Source: Escherichia phage vB_EcoM_HZ_ZJUN4. Taken from it: 64,000 bases of DNA. The DNA lies in sequence record PP216085. One strand, written 5' to 3'. Position 1 is the stretch's first letter; the number at the start of each line of letters is the position of its first letter. This document shows positions 19,003 to 29,300 of the stretch, piece after piece. The notes under the pieces were generated by a model. That model saw nothing but the letters and a program-made list of their open reading frames with translations. It was not told where the DNA came from and did no database searches. Both the position numbers and the translations under genes were made by a program.

Positions 19003-19392
19003 ATGACTAAAATTACTGTGAATTATAGTGTTGATGTAAAAGATATTCAGCCAAAACACGTGCGTTCTGAATCAAATCCACAAAACCAAAATAAAATTCG
19101 TCGAGCATGGGTTTTGTCTCTTTCTGATAACGCGATGGAAGTTATTCAGAGCAAAATTAAATCTGCACCTGCTCGTCATGCGTATTATGAAGCTATCGAT
19201 CGTGAAGTGAGTGATAAATGGATTGAACTGATGCGCAAACATACGGCAGAATCTCTAAACGCTGGTGCCAAATTTATTATGACTTCATGTGGTGAACGCC
19301 TTGAAGATGATTATTGCGGTAATGCAGATGAACGTCTAATTGTTGCTGCTCAAATTGTTGCGGAAATAATTGCTGCTGATTTTAATCGTTAA
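19003..19392 (+). CDS. rpbA: probable RNA polymerase-binding protein RpbA
   Basis: 129 aa ORF between genes 46 and 45; assignment by synteny and length, not sequence recall. Confidence 0.5.
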   Translation: MTKITVNYSVDVKDIQPKHVRSESNPQNQNKIRRAWVLSLSDNAMEVIQSKIKSAPARHAYYEAIDREVSDKWIELMRKHTAESLNAGAKFIMTSCGERLEDDYCGNADERLIVAAQIVAEIIAADFNR

Positions 19393-19447
19393 TTGCTTTA
19401 TTAAATTAGTTATAAAATTAAATCTCATTTGAATTGAAGGAAATTAC

Positions 19448-20134
19448 ATGAAACTGTCTAAAGATACTACTGCTCTGCTTAAAAATTTCGCTACTATTAA
19501 CTCTGGTATTATGCTTAAATCCGGTCAATTTATTATGACTCGCGCGGTTAATGGTACTACTTATGCGGAAGCAAATATTTCTGACACTATTGATTTTGAT
19601 GTAGCAATTTACGATTTGAACGGTTTTCTCGGTATTCTGTCTCTAGTTAATGACGATGCAGAAATTTCCCAGTCAGAAGATGGTAATATTAAAATTGCTG
19701 ATGCCCGTTCAACAATTTTTTGGCCAGCAGCCGATCCGAGTACAGTAGTTGCTCCTAATAAACCAATTCCATTCCCGGTAGCATCTGTTGTTACTGAAAT
19801 TAAAGCTGAAGACCTTCAACAGCTGTTGCGTGTATCTCGTGGTCTGCAGATTGATACAATTGCTATCACAGTAAAAGAAGGTAAAATCGTAATTAATGGT
19901 TTTAATAAAGTGGAAGATTCTGCTTTGACTCGTGTTAAATATTCTTTGACTCTTGGTGATTATGATGGTGAAAATACATTTAATTTCATTATCAATATGG
20001 CAAATATGAAAATGCAACCAGGAAATTATAAACTTCTGCTCTGGGCAAAAGGTAAACAAGGTGCTGCTAAATTTGAAGGTGAACACGCGAATTATGTAGT
20101 AGCTCTTGAAGCTGATTCTACCCACGATTTTTAA
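19448..20134 (+). CDS. 45: sliding clamp gp45
   Basis: 228 aa; MKLSKDTTALLKNFATINSGIMLKSGQFIMTRAVNGTTYAEANISDTIDFDVAIYDLNGFLGILSL matches recalled T4 gp45. Confidence 0.92.
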   Translation: MKLSKDTTALLKNFATINSGIMLKSGQFIMTRAVNGTTYAEANISDTIDFDVAIYDLNGFLGILSLVNDDAEISQSEDGNIKIADARSTIFWPAADPSTVVAPNKPIPFPVASVVTEIKAEDLQQLLRVSRGLQIDTIAITVKEGKIVINGFNKVEDSALTRVKYSLTLGDYDGENTFNFIINMANMKMQPGNYKLLLWAKGKQGAAKFEGEHANYVVALEADSTHDF

Positions 20135-20138
20135 TAGA

Positions 20139-20153
20139 GGGCTTCGGCCCTTT
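20139..20153 (+). terminator. GGGCTTCGGCCC hairpin + short U-tract
   Basis: UUCG-loop hairpin after gene 45 stop. Confidence 0.5.
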
Positions 20154-20185
20154 ATAATTTACATTAAAACTTGAATGAGGAAATT

Positions 20186-21145
20186 ATGATTACTGTAAAT
20201 GAAAAAGAACACATTCTTGAACAGAAATATCGTCCATCTACTATCGATGAATGTATTCTTCCCGCCTTTGATAAAGAAACCTTTAAATCTATTACAAGTA
20301 AAGGTAAAATTCCACATATTATTCTTCATTCTCCTTCTCCAGGAACAGGTAAAACAACCGTAGCAAAAGCATTATGTCATGATGTAAATGCTGATATGAT
20401 GTTTGTGAATGGGTCAGATTGTAAAATTGATTTCGTTCGCGGTCCTTTGACTAATTTTGCTAGTGCAGCTTCATTTGATGGTCGTCAAAAAGTAATTGTT
20501 ATTGATGAATTTGACCGTTCAGGGTTAGCAGAGTCTCAGCGACATCTTCGTTCCTTTATGGAAGCTTATAGTTCAAACTGTAGTATTATTATTACTGCTA
20601 ACAATATTGATGGTATTATTAAACCGCTTCAGTCACGCTGCCGAGTTATTACATTCGGTCAACCAACCGATGAAGATAAAATTGAAATGATGAAGCAGAT
20701 GATTCGTCGATTGACTGAAATCTGTAAGCATGAAGGAATTGCTATAGCTGATATGAAAGTTGTAGCAGCTTTGGTTAAAAAGAATTTTCCTGATTTTCGT
20801 AAAACTATTGGCGAGCTCGATAGTTATTCGTCTAAAGGTGTTTTGGATGCTGGTATTTTATCACTGGTTACTAACGATCGTGGTGCTATTGATGATGTTC
20901 TTGAATCTCTCAAAAATAAAGATGTTAAACAGCTCAGAGCTTTAGCACCAAAATATGCAGCTGATTATTCGTGGTTCGTAGGTAAACTTGCCGAAGAAAT
21001 TTATACACGCGTAACTCCGCAAAGTATTATTCGTATGTATGAAATTGTTGGTGAAAATAACCAGTATCATGGAATTGCGGCTAATACTGAATTACATTTA
21101 GCATATCTTTTCATTCAATTGGCATGTGAAATGCAGTGGAAGTGA
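20186..21145 (+). CDS. 44: clamp loader large subunit gp44 (AAA+)
   Basis: Track ORF trimmed to ATG after GAGGAAATT giving 319 aa MITVNEKEH...; Walker A SPGTGKTT. Confidence 0.92.
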   Translation: MITVNEKEHILEQKYRPSTIDECILPAFDKETFKSITSKGKIPHIILHSPSPGTGKTTVAKALCHDVNADMMFVNGSDCKIDFVRGPLTNFASAASFDGRQKVIVIDEFDRSGLAESQRHLRSFMEAYSSNCSIIITANNIDGIIKPLQSRCRVITFGQPTDEDKIEMMKQMIRRLTEICKHEGIAIADMKVVAALVKKNFPDFRKTIGELDSYSSKGVLDAGILSLVTNDRGAIDDVLESLKNKDVKQLRALAPKYAADYSWFVGKLAEEIYTRVTPQSIIRMYEIVGENNQYHGIAANTELHLAYLFIQLACEMQWK

Positions 21146-21146
21146 T

Positions 21147-21710
21147 ATGAGCTTATTTGAAGATGATATTCAATTAAACGAGCATCAAGTTGCTTGGTAT
21201 TCAAAAGATTGGACAGCTGTCCAATCTGCTGCTGATTCTTTTAAAGAAAAAGCTGAAAATGAGTTTTTTGAAATAATTGGGGCTATCAATAATAAAACTA
21301 AATGCTCTATTGCTCAAAAAGATTATTCAAAATACATGGTTGAAAATGCATTATCACAATTTCCGGAGTGCATGCCAGCTGTATATGCTATGAATTTAAT
21401 TGGATCAGGTTTAAGCGATGAAGCCCATTTTAATTATCTGATGGCTGCTGTTCCTCGGGGTAAAAGATACGGTAAATGGGCAAAACTGGTTGAAGATTCT
21501 ACCGAAGTATTGATTATTAAGTTACTTGCTAAGAGGTATCAAGTTAATACAAATGATGCAATTAACTATAAATCAATTCTTACTAAAAATGGAAAACTTC
21601 CTTTAGTATTAAAAGAACTAAAAGGTTTAGTCACGGATGATTTTTTGAAAGAAGTGACTAAGAATGTAAAAGAACAGAAACAACTTAAAAAACTAGCATT
21701 GGAATGGTAA
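21147..21710 (+). CDS. 62: clamp loader small subunit gp62
   Basis: 187 aa from [22 protein letters not shown]; start 2 nt after gene 44 stop. Confidence 0.9.
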   Translation: MSLFEDDIQLNEHQVAWYSKDWTAVQSAADSFKEKAENEFFEIIGAINNKTKCSIAQKDYSKYMVENALSQFPECMPAVYAMNLIGSGLSDEAHFNYLMAAVPRGKRYGKWAKLVEDSTEVLIIKLLAKRYQVNTNDAINYKSILTKNGKLPLVLKELKGLVTDDFLKEVTKNVKEQKQLKKLALEW

Positions 21711-21711
21711 A

Positions 21712-22080
21712 ATGATTGAAATTACTCTTAAAAAACCTGAAGATTTTCTGAAAGTAAAAGAAACTTTGACTCGCATGGGAATTGCTAATAATAAAGATAA
21801 AGTTCTGTATCAGTCCTGTCATATTCTTCAGAAAAAAGGACTATACTATATCGTTCATTTTAAAGAAATGCTTCGTATGGATGGTCGTCAAGTTGAAATG
21901 ACAGAAGAAGATGAAGTTCGTCGTGATTCGATTGCATGGCTGTTAGAAGATTGGGGACTGATTGAAATCGCTCCAGGTCAAAGAACTTTTATGAAAGATT
22001 TAACTAATAACTTCCGAGTTATTTCTTTTAAGCAAAAACATGAATGGAAACTCGTTCCTAAATATACGATTGGAAATTAA
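21712..22080 (+). CDS. regA: translational repressor RegA
   Basis: 122 aa MIEITLKKPEDFLKVKETLTRMGIANNKDKVLYQSCHILQKKGLYYIVHFKEMLRMDGRQ matches recalled T4 RegA. Confidence 0.9.
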   Translation: MIEITLKKPEDFLKVKETLTRMGIANNKDKVLYQSCHILQKKGLYYIVHFKEMLRMDGRQVEMTEEDEVRRDSIAWLLEDWGLIEIAPGQRTFMKDLTNNFRVISFKQKHEWKLVPKYTIGN

Positions 22081-22084
22081 GCAA

Positions 22085-22104
22085 GGGGCTTCGGCCCCTT
22101 ATTT
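22085..22104 (+). terminator. GGGGCTTCGGCCCC hairpin + U-tract
   Basis: UUCG-loop hairpin after regA. Confidence 0.5.
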
Positions 22105-22158
22105 GGAGTATAATATATCAAGAGCCTAATAACTCGGGCTATAAACTAAGGAATATCT

Positions 22159-24855
22159 ATGAAAGAATTTTATATCTCTATTGAAACAGTCGGAAATAAC
22201 ATTGTTGAACGTTATATTGATGAAAATGGAAAGGAACGTACTCGTGAAGTAGAATATCTTCCGACTATGTTTAGGCATTGTAAGGAAGAGTCAAAATACA
22301 AAGACATTTATGGTAAAAATTGTGCTCCTCAAAAATTTCCATCAATGAAAGATGCCCGAGACTGGATGAAACGAATGGAAGACATCGGTCTCGAAGCTCT
22401 CGGTATGAACGATTTTAAACTCGCTTATATCAGTGATACATATGGTTCAGAAATTGTTTATGACCGAAAATTTGTTCGTGTAGCTAACTGTGACATTGAG
22501 GTTACTGGTGATAAATTTCCTGACCCAATGAAAGCAGAATATGAAATTGATGCTATCACTCATTATGATTCAATTGACGACCGTTTTTACGTCTTTGATT
22601 TGTTGAATTCAATGTACGGTTCAGTATCAAAATGGGATGCAAAGTTAGCTGCTAAGCTTGACTGTGAAGGTGGTGATGAAGTTCCTCAAGAAATTCTTGA
22701 CCGAGTAATTTATATGCCATTTGATAATGAGCGTGATATGCTCATGGAATATATTAATCTCTGGGAACAGAAACGACCTGCTATTTTTACTGGTTGGAAT
22801 ATTGAGGGATTTGACGTTCCGTATATCATGAATCGTGTTAAAATGGTTCTCGGCGAACGCAGTATGAAACGCTTCTCTCCAATCGGTCGAGTAAAATCTA
22901 AACTAATTCAAAATATGTACGGTAGCAAAGAAATTTATTCTATTGATGGCGTATCTATTCTTGATTATTTAGATTTGTACAAGAAATTCGCATTTACTAA
23001 TTTGCCATCATTCTCTTTGGAATCAGTTGCTCAGCACGAAACCAAAAAAGGTAAATTACCATACGACGGTCCTATTAATAAACTTCGTGAGACTAATCAT
23101 CAACGATACATTAGTTATAACATCATTGACGTAGAATCAGTTCAAGCAATTGATAAAATTCGCGGGTTTATTGATCTAGTTTTAAGTATGTCTTATTACG
23201 CTAAAATGCCTTTTTCTGGTGTAATGAGTCCTATTAAAACTTGGGATGCTATTATTTTTAACTCATTGAAAGGTGAACATAAGGTTATTCCTCAACAAGG
23301 TTCGCACGTTAAACAAAGTTTTCCAGGTGCATTTGTATTTGAACCTAAAGCGATTGCTCGTCGATACATTATGAGTTTTGACTTGACGTCTCTGTATCCG
23401 AGTATTATTCGTCAGGTTAACATTAGTCCTGAAACTATTCGTGGTCAGTTTAAAGTTCATCCAATTCATGAATATATCGCAGGAACAGCTCCTAAACCGA
23501 GTGATGAATATTCTTGTTCTCCGAATGGATGGATGTATGATAAGCATCAAGAAGGTATCATTCCAAAGGAAATCGCTAAAGTATTTTTCCAGCGTAAAGA
23601 TTGGAAAAAGAAAATGTTCGCCGAAGAAATGAATGCCGAAGCTATTAAAAAGATTATTATGAAAGGTGCAGGGTCTTGTTCAACTAAACCAGAAGTTGAA
23701 CGATATGTTAAGTTCAATGATGATTTCTTAAATGAATTATCGAATTACACCGAATCTGTTCTTAATAGTCTGATCGAAGAATGTGAAAAAGCAGCTACAC
23801 TTGCTAACACAAATCAGCTGAACCGTAAAATTCTTATTAACAGTCTTTATGGTGCTCTTGGTAACATTCATTTCCGCTATTATGATTTGCGAAATGCTAC
23901 TGCTATCACAATTTTTGGTCAAGTCGGTATTCAGTGGATTGCTCGTAAAATTAATGAATACCTGAATAAAGTGTGTGGAACTGATGGTGAAGATTTCATT
24001 GCAGCGGGTGACACTGATTCTGTATATGTTTGTGTAGATAAAGTAATTGAAAAAGTAGGTCTTGACCGCTTTAAAGAACAAAATGATTTAGTTGAATTCA
24101 TGAATCAGTTCGGTAAGAAAAAGATGGAACCTATGATTGATGTTGCATATCGTGAGTTATGTGATTATATGAATAACCGCGAGCATCTGATGCATATGGA
24201 CCGTGAAGCTATTTCTTGTCCTCCGCTTGGTTCAAAGGGTGTCGGTGGATTTTGGAAAGCGAAAAAACGTTATGCTCTAAACGTTTATGATATGGAAGAT
24301 AAGCGATTTGCTGAACCACATCTAAAAATCATGGGTATGGAAACTCAGCAGAGTTCAACACCAAAAGCAGTACAAGAAGCTCTCGAAGAAAGTATTCGTC
24401 GTATTCTTCAGGAAGGCGAAGAGTCTGTCCAAGAATACTACAAGAACTTTGAGAAAGAATATCGTCAACTTGACTATAAAGTTATTGCTGAAGTAAAAAC
24501 TGCGAATGATATAGCGAAATATGATGATAAAGGTTGGCCAGGATTTAAATGCCCGTTCCACATTCGCGGGGTGCTAACTTATCGTCGAGCTGTTAGTGGT
24601 TTAGGTGTAGCTCCAATTTTGGATGGAAATAAGGTAATGGTTCTTCCATTACGTGAGGGAAATCCATTTGGTGACAAGTGCATTGCTTGGCCATCAGGTA
24701 CGGAACTTCCAAAAGAAATTCGTTCTGATGTACTGTCTTGGATTGACTACTCAACTTTGTTCCAAAAATCGTTTGTTAAACCGCTTGCGGGCATGTGTGA
24801 ATCGGCAGGTATGGACTATGAGGAAAAAGCTTCGTTAGACTTCCTGTTTGGCTGA
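22159..24855 (+). CDS. 43: DNA polymerase gp43 (family B, with 3'-5' exonuclease)
   Basis: 898 aa; exo motif ANCDIEV, polymerase motifs SLYPSII, KILINSLYGALG, YGDTDS. Confidence 0.95.
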   Translation: MKEFYISIETVGNNIVERYIDENGKERTREVEYLPTMFRHCKEESKYKDIYGKNCAPQKFPSMKDARDWMKRMEDIGLEALGMNDFKLAYISDTYGSEIVYDRKFVRVANCDIEVTGDKFPDPMKAEYEIDAITHYDSIDDRFYVFDLLNSMYGSVSKWDAKLAAKLDCEGGDEVPQEILDRVIYMPFDNERDMLMEYINLWEQKRPAIFTGWNIEGFDVPYIMNRVKMVLGERSMKRFSPIGRVKSKLIQNMYGSKEIYSIDGVSILDYLDLYKKFAFTNLPSFSLESVAQHETKKGKLPYDGPINKLRETNHQRYISYNIIDVESVQAIDKIRGFIDLVLSMSYYAKMPFSGVMSPIKTWDAIIFNSLKGEHKVIPQQGSHVKQSFPGAFVFEPKAIARRYIMSFDLTSLYPSIIRQVNISPETIRGQFKVHPIHEYIAGTAPKPSDEYSCSPNGWMYDKHQEGIIPKEIAKVFFQRKDWKKKMFAEEMNAEAIKKIIMKGAGSCSTKPEVERYVKFNDDFLNELSNYTESVLNSLIEECEKAATLANTNQLNRKILINSLYGALGNIHFRYYDLRNATAITIFGQVGIQWIARKINEYLNKVCGTDGEDFIAAGDTDSVYVCVDKVIEKVGLDRFKEQNDLVEFMNQFGKKKMEPMIDVAYRELCDYMNNREHLMHMDREAISCPPLGSKGVGGFWKAKKRYALNVYDMEDKRFAEPHLKIMGMETQQSSTPKAVQEALEESIRRILQEGEESVQEYYKNFEKEYRQLDYKVIAEVKTANDIAKYDDKGWPGFKCPFHIRGVLTYRRAVSGLGVAPILDGNKVMVLPLREGNPFGDKCIAWPSGTELPKEIRSDVLSWIDYSTLFQKSFVKPLAGMCESAGMDYEEKASLDFLFG

Positions 24856-24868
24856 TAGAATAAATCTA

Positions 24869-24889
24869 GGGACCTCCGGGTCCCTTTTT
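24869..24889 (+). terminator. intrinsic terminator
   Basis: GGGACC-TCCG-GGTCCC hairpin followed by TTTTT. Confidence 0.55.
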
Positions 24890-24972
24890 CATACAAGTAA
24901 TATAAATCTATACTTAGGAAAAATAGATGATTCTGGGCCCTTTGAATTCATTAAAAATTTTTTCACAAAATG

Positions 24973-25002
24973 GTTTACATCTCTGTTCTTCCGTGGTACT
25001 AT
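24973..25002 (+). promoter_or_regulatory. T4-type early promoter (copy A of repeated promoter-leader cassette)
   Basis: GTTTACATC...CGTGGTACTAT; leader ATACAACTATCAACTGATGCGGATTTGGAGAAT shared with cassette at 53744. Confidence 0.6.
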
Positions 25003-25036
25003 ACAACTATCAACTGATGCGGATTTGGAGAATGAA

Positions 25037-25417
25037 ATGAAAATCGCTATTTTGGTTATTGCATTGGGTCTTACTGGTTGTGTAGCTCAAGGACCGGTAG
25101 TAAATCAATCTGATGTAGGAAAAATTGTAAACTGTTCAAGCAAATTTTATAATCCTAATGTTAAGTGTTATAAAGAAGCTCCAAAACAGACATTAGAACA
25201 AATGCAGGCGAATTTTGATGAAGCTATTCGTCCAGATGAATCTGCACAAGCATATCGTAATTCAGATGTAATTACACGCGAAGAAAAAATTGAAAACTAC
25301 TGCGCTGTGCTTTGGGCAAATTGGGCTAATAATTACCAATGGCGCACAGGTAAAAATGCTCCAATGGAGTATGTAGTGAATTCTTATAATTCATGTGTAA
25401 AAAATTTGACTAAGTGA
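25037..25417 (+). CDS. predicted lipoprotein
   Basis: Track ORF 24848..25417 trimmed to ATG after GGAGAATGAA; signal peptide MKIAILVIALGLTGC with lipobox LTGC. Confidence 0.55.
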   Translation: MKIAILVIALGLTGCVAQGPVVNQSDVGKIVNCSSKFYNPNVKCYKEAPKQTLEQMQANFDEAIRPDESAQAYRNSDVITREEKIENYCAVLWANWANNYQWRTGKNAPMEYVVNSYNSCVKNLTK

Positions 25418-25424
25418 GGAAAAC

Positions 25425-25676
25425 ATGGAAACTTTAGTAGCAGGTTCAATTTTTATGGTTTTAGTTTCAGGCGTGTTGGCTATTATTATATACATGCTTC
25501 CATGGTTCATCGCCTTGATGCGCGGGTCAAAATCGACAGTAGGAATCTTTTTCACATCTTTACTGTTTAACTGGTCAATTATTGGTTGGTTTATTACATT
25601 TATTTGGTCAATTGCTGGTGAAACTAAAAAATCTGCGCAGCCAAATCAGGTAATTATCATCAGAGAGAAGGAATGA
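25425..25676 (+). CDS. imm: probable superinfection immunity membrane protein Imm
   Basis: 83 aa, two hydrophobic helices, directly upstream of gene 42; assignment by synteny and length. Confidence 0.65.
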   Translation: METLVAGSIFMVLVSGVLAIIIYMLPWFIALMRGSKSTVGIFFTSLLFNWSIIGWFITFIWSIAGETKKSAQPNQVIIIREKE

Positions 25677-25822
25677 AAAGCAAAATTTTAGCAGTATTGC
25701 TTTTAATATTGATGATTATAATAAGTATATACTATAGCGTAACAGTTCCTTGTATGATTCCGCCACTTATTATAGGTTGGGGTTTATTACTGTTACAAGT
25801 TAAATATGAATGTATCAATTGA
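25673..25822 (+). CDS. small membrane peptide (49 aa)
   Basis: Not in ORF track; ATGA overlap with imm stop; MKSKILAVLLLILMIIISIYY... Confidence 0.3.
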   Translation: MKSKILAVLLLILMIIISIYYSVTVPCMIPPLIIGWGLLLLQVKYECIN

Positions 25823-25829
25823 GGTTTAA

Positions 25830-26570
25830 ATGATTAATGACTCTATGACAGTTGAAGAAATTCGTCTTCATTTGGGAATTGCATTAAAGGAAAAAGATTT
25901 TGTAATTGACAAAACCGGGGTTAAAACTATTGAAATTATTGGTGCATCATTTGTAGCAGATGAACCTTTTATTTTTGGCGCTCTTAATGATGAATACATT
26001 CAGCGTGAACTTGAATGGTATAAGTCTCAAAGTTTGTTTGTTAAAGATATTCCAGGTGAAACACCAAAGATTTGGCAGCAGGTAGCATCTTCTAAAGGCG
26101 AAATTAACTCGAATTATGGTTGGGCTATTTGGTCAGAAGATAACTATGCTCAGTATGATATGTGTTTAGCTGAACTTGGTCAAAATCCTGATTCTCGGCG
26201 TGGTATCATGATTTATACTCGTCCATCCATGCAGTTTGACTACAATAAAGATGGTATGTCAGATTTCATGTGTACGAATACAGTACAGTACCTGATTCGT
26301 GATAAGAAAGTCAATGCAGTAGTAAGCATGAGAAGCAATGATTGCTGGGCAGGCTATCGTAATGATTATGCTTGGCAAAAATACGTACTAGATAAATTAG
26401 TATCTGACTTGAATGCAGGCGACCCATCGCGGCAATATAAAGCAGGTTCTATTATATGGAACGTTGGAAGTCTTCATGTGTACGAAAATCAGTTTTATTT
26501 AGTTGACCATTGGTGGAACACCGGTGAGACTCATATTGCTAAAAAGGATTATACTGGAAAATGGAAGTAA
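25830..26570 (+). CDS. 42: dCMP hydroxymethylase gp42
   Basis: 246 aa thymidylate-synthase-like; catalytic Cys context FMCTNTVQY. Confidence 0.92.
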   Translation: MINDSMTVEEIRLHLGIALKEKDFVIDKTGVKTIEIIGASFVADEPFIFGALNDEYIQRELEWYKSQSLFVKDIPGETPKIWQQVASSKGEINSNYGWAIWSEDNYAQYDMCLAELGQNPDSRRGIMIYTRPSMQFDYNKDGMSDFMCTNTVQYLIRDKKVNAVVSMRSNDCWAGYRNDYAWQKYVLDKLVSDLNAGDPSRQYKAGSIIWNVGSLHVYENQFYLVDHWWNTGETHIAKKDYTGKWK

Positions 26571-27202
26571 ATGTGCCACATGTTTATAAGTATAAACATC
26601 CTAAAACTAAAAAGTGGTATATAGGAAGTCATGATGGTCACAACCCGAATTATGATGGTTCGGGTGTAGTTTGGCAACATGCTAAAAAGAAATATGGAAT
26701 AAAATCCTTTAATAAAGAAATATTATATGAAGGACCAATGTTTAGACAGGTTGAAGAAATTATTTTAACTTGTTTAGATGCTGCTAATTGTCCGGATTCA
26801 TATAATTTAAAGAATGAAGCATGGGGAGGAAGTTTTCCAGGCAAATTAAATGGAATGTACGGTAAAAAACTATCTCCAGAAGAAAGATATAAGTGCGGAA
26901 ATGCCTTTCGTGGAATCAAGCGTCCTGATCATTCTAAAAGAATGAAAGGCGAAGGTAATCCAATGTATGGTAAAAATGAGCAGGCATATGGAATTATAAA
27001 TCGAGCCAAGGAAAATTCTGGTAAAACTTATGAAGAAATTTTTGGCGTAGAAAAAGCTAAAATAATTAAAGAAACGATGTCTAAAAATCGTAAAGGAAAA
27101 CCTCATAATTTGATAGAAAAAATATGTCCGCATTGCGGACTAAAAGGACGTGGGCCAAATATGACAAGATACCATTTTGACAAATGTAAGGCACTTAAAT
27201 GA
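26561..27202 (+). CDS. GIY-YIG homing endonuclease (Seg-like)
   Basis: N-terminal KWYIGSHDG...YDGSG GIY-YIG-like motif; repeated modules (GKKLSPEERYK / GIKRPDHSKRMKGEGNPMYGK); C-terminal CPHCG; overlaps gene 42 end. Confidence 0.75.
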   Translation: MEVNVPHVYKYKHPKTKKWYIGSHDGHNPNYDGSGVVWQHAKKKYGIKSFNKEILYEGPMFRQVEEIILTCLDAANCPDSYNLKNEAWGGSFPGKLNGMYGKKLSPEERYKCGNAFRGIKRPDHSKRMKGEGNPMYGKNEQAYGIINRAKENSGKTYEEIFGVEKAKIIKETMSKNRKGKPHNLIEKICPHCGLKGRGPNMTRYHFDKCKALK

Positions 27203-28041
27203 TTCAATTCGTAATTCCAAGTTATCAACGCGTAGGGGCAGTTTCTGCCCTTGATATGTTTCCGACTGATTATGAACCTCATATTGTAGTACGTGAACAC
27301 GAAGAAAAAGCTTATTATGACGCTTACGGGTCTAGAGCTAAAATTATAACTATTCCTGATGATGTTAATGGAATTGCTGGAACTCGTAAAGCAATTACTG
27401 ATATGTATGCAGGTCAACGAATCTGGATGATTGACGATGATACTACTATTCGTATGAGTTCAATGCGAAAGAAAGATGATCGTCGCTGCGTAGATAAAAT
27501 TAACCAGTTAACTCGTGAACAGTTCTATGAATTGATTCAATACGTTGAAGATGCCATGGATTGCGGGTATTATCATGGTCATGCTCGTTTACCTATTTTT
27601 AAAATTACTTCATCTTGGGGTAATTATCGTGAAAATTCATATGGATTCACGAATACTTGGTATGACCTCGGAAAACTTGCAACAGAACAAATTGGGTATG
27701 GAAAAATTGATTTATGCGAAGATATGTATGCATTTCTCAATTTAATTAATCAAGGTTATCCGCATTTGGCCTTGTTCAAATATCTAGTTGTATCTGGAAA
27801 AGCACAGGCTCCCGGTGGATGCAGCTCAATTCGTAGTAATTCAAAACATAATAGAGCGCTTGAGCAAATCAATAGAGAGTTTCCAGAGCAAGCTCGTTGG
27901 AAAACTTCTAATATTGAAAAACGAAAATCATTGGGTGAAGAAGACGAGCCATTAAAGGTTCTTCGCATGTGTGTTTCACGCAAAGAAAAGTCAGAAGCAT
28001 TTCATAAGTTTAATGCTATTCATCCAATAGCAGTTGATTAA
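27199..28041 (+). CDS. putative DNA-modifying glycosyltransferase at the beta-gt locus (possibly beta-glucosyl-HMC-alpha-glucosyltransferase type)
   Basis: 280 aa between gene 42 and uvsX; N-terminus MIQFVIPSYQRVG and acidic MIDDDTT; not the recalled T4 Bgt sequence. Confidence 0.45.
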   Translation: MIQFVIPSYQRVGAVSALDMFPTDYEPHIVVREHEEKAYYDAYGSRAKIITIPDDVNGIAGTRKAITDMYAGQRIWMIDDDTTIRMSSMRKKDDRRCVDKINQLTREQFYELIQYVEDAMDCGYYHGHARLPIFKITSSWGNYRENSYGFTNTWYDLGKLATEQIGYGKIDLCEDMYAFLNLINQGYPHLALFKYLVVSGKAQAPGGCSSIRSNSKHNRALEQINREFPEQARWKTSNIEKRKSLGEEDEPLKVLRMCVSRKEKSEAFHKFNAIHPIAVD

Positions 28042-28065
28042 TGCCTAAATTTATTGTGTTATAAT
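28042..28065 (+). promoter_or_regulatory. candidate middle promoter upstream of uvsX
   Basis: MotA-box-like ATGCCTAAA about 11 nt upstream of TATAAT. Confidence 0.3.
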
Positions 28066-28118
28066 TACTTTATCTTTAACCAGTGAGGAAAATATAATGA
28101 TGCCTATGGAAAAAATGA

Positions 28119-29300
28119 ATGTCTATTGCAGATTTAAAATCCCGTTTGATTAAAGCTTCCACTTCTAAAATGACTGCTGAACTGACTACATCTAAATTCT
28201 TTAATGAAAAGGATGTAATCCGTACAAAAATCCCAATGCTTAATATCGCTATTTCAGGTGCGATTGACGGTGGTATGCAGTCTGGTTTAACCATTTTTGC
28301 AGGTCCTTCTAAACACTTTAAATCAAATATGTCTTTGACTATGGTTGCGGCGTATTTGAACAAATATCCTGACGCGGTATGTCTATTTTATGATAGCGAA
28401 TTTGGTATTACTCCAGCTTATTTGCGATCCATGGGAGTTGACCCGGAACGAGTAATTCATACACCAATCCAGTCAGTTGAACAACTGAAAATTGATATGG
28501 TGAATCAGCTTGAAGCTATTGAGCGCGGTGAAAAAGTTATTGTATTCATCGACTCAATCGGTAATATGGCTTCTAAGAAAGAAACGGAAGATGCCTTGAA
28601 TGAAAAATCTGTGGCAGATATGACTCGTGCTAAATCACTGAAGTCATTATTCCGTATTGTTACTCCTTATTTTAGCATTAAAAATATTCCATGCGTTGCG
28701 GTTAACCATACAATTGAAACAATTGAAATGTTTAGTAAAACCGTGATGACAGGTGGTACAGGCGTAATGTATTCGGCTGATACTGTATTCATTATCGGTA
28801 AGCGTCAGATTAAAGATGGTTCTGATCTTCAGGGGTATCAATTTGTTCTAAATGTAGAAAAATCTCGTACCGTTAAAGAAAAAAGTAAATTCTTTATTGA
28901 TGTTAAATTTGACGGTGGTATCGATCCTTATTCTGGATTGTTAGATATGGCTCTTGAATTAGGATTTGTGGTAAAACCTAAAAATGGCTGGTATGCTCGT
29001 GAATTTCTTGATGAAGAAACCGGCGAGATGATTCGTGAAGAAAAATCTTGGCGTGCAAAAGATACCAATTGCACTACATTCTGGGGTCCTTTATTTAAGC
29101 ATCAACCATTCCGAGATGCTATTAAACGTGCTTATCAGTTAGGTGCTATTGATAGTAATGAAATTGTTGAAGCTGAAGTTGATGAATTGATTAACTCAAA
29201 GGTTGAAAAATTTAAATCTCCAGAAAGTAAAAGTAAATCAGCAGCTGATTTAGAAACTGACCTAGAACAGTTAAGTGATATGGAAGAATTTAATGAATAA
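28119..29300 (+). CDS. uvsX: recombinase UvsX (RecA-like)
   Basis: 393 aa; Walker A GPSKHFKS; C-terminal sequence matches recalled T4 UvsX closely. Confidence 0.95.
   Translation: MSIADLKSRLIKASTSKMTAELTTSKFFNEKDVIRTKIPMLNIAISGAIDGGMQSGLTIFAGPSKHFKSNMSLTMVAAYLNKYPDAVCLFYDSEFGITPAYLRSMGVDPERVIHTPIQSVEQLKIDMVNQLEAIERGEKVIVFIDSIGNMASKKETEDALNEKSVADMTRAKSLKSLFRIVTPYFSIKNIPCVAVNHTIETIEMFSKTVMTGGTGVMYSADTVFIIGKRQIKDGSDLQGYQFVLNVEKSRTVKEKSKFFIDVKFDGGIDPYSGLLDMALELGFVVKPKNGWYAREFLDEETGEMIREEKSWRAKDTNCTTFWGPLFKHQPFRDAIKRAYQLGAIDSNEIVEAEVDELINSKVEKFKSPESKSKSAADLETDLEQLSDMEEFNE

Noticed and set aside
19709-20125. 138-aa ORF on the - strand
   Set aside because: Fully inside the gene 45 sliding-clamp coding sequence on the opposite strand; low-complexity translation; artefact.
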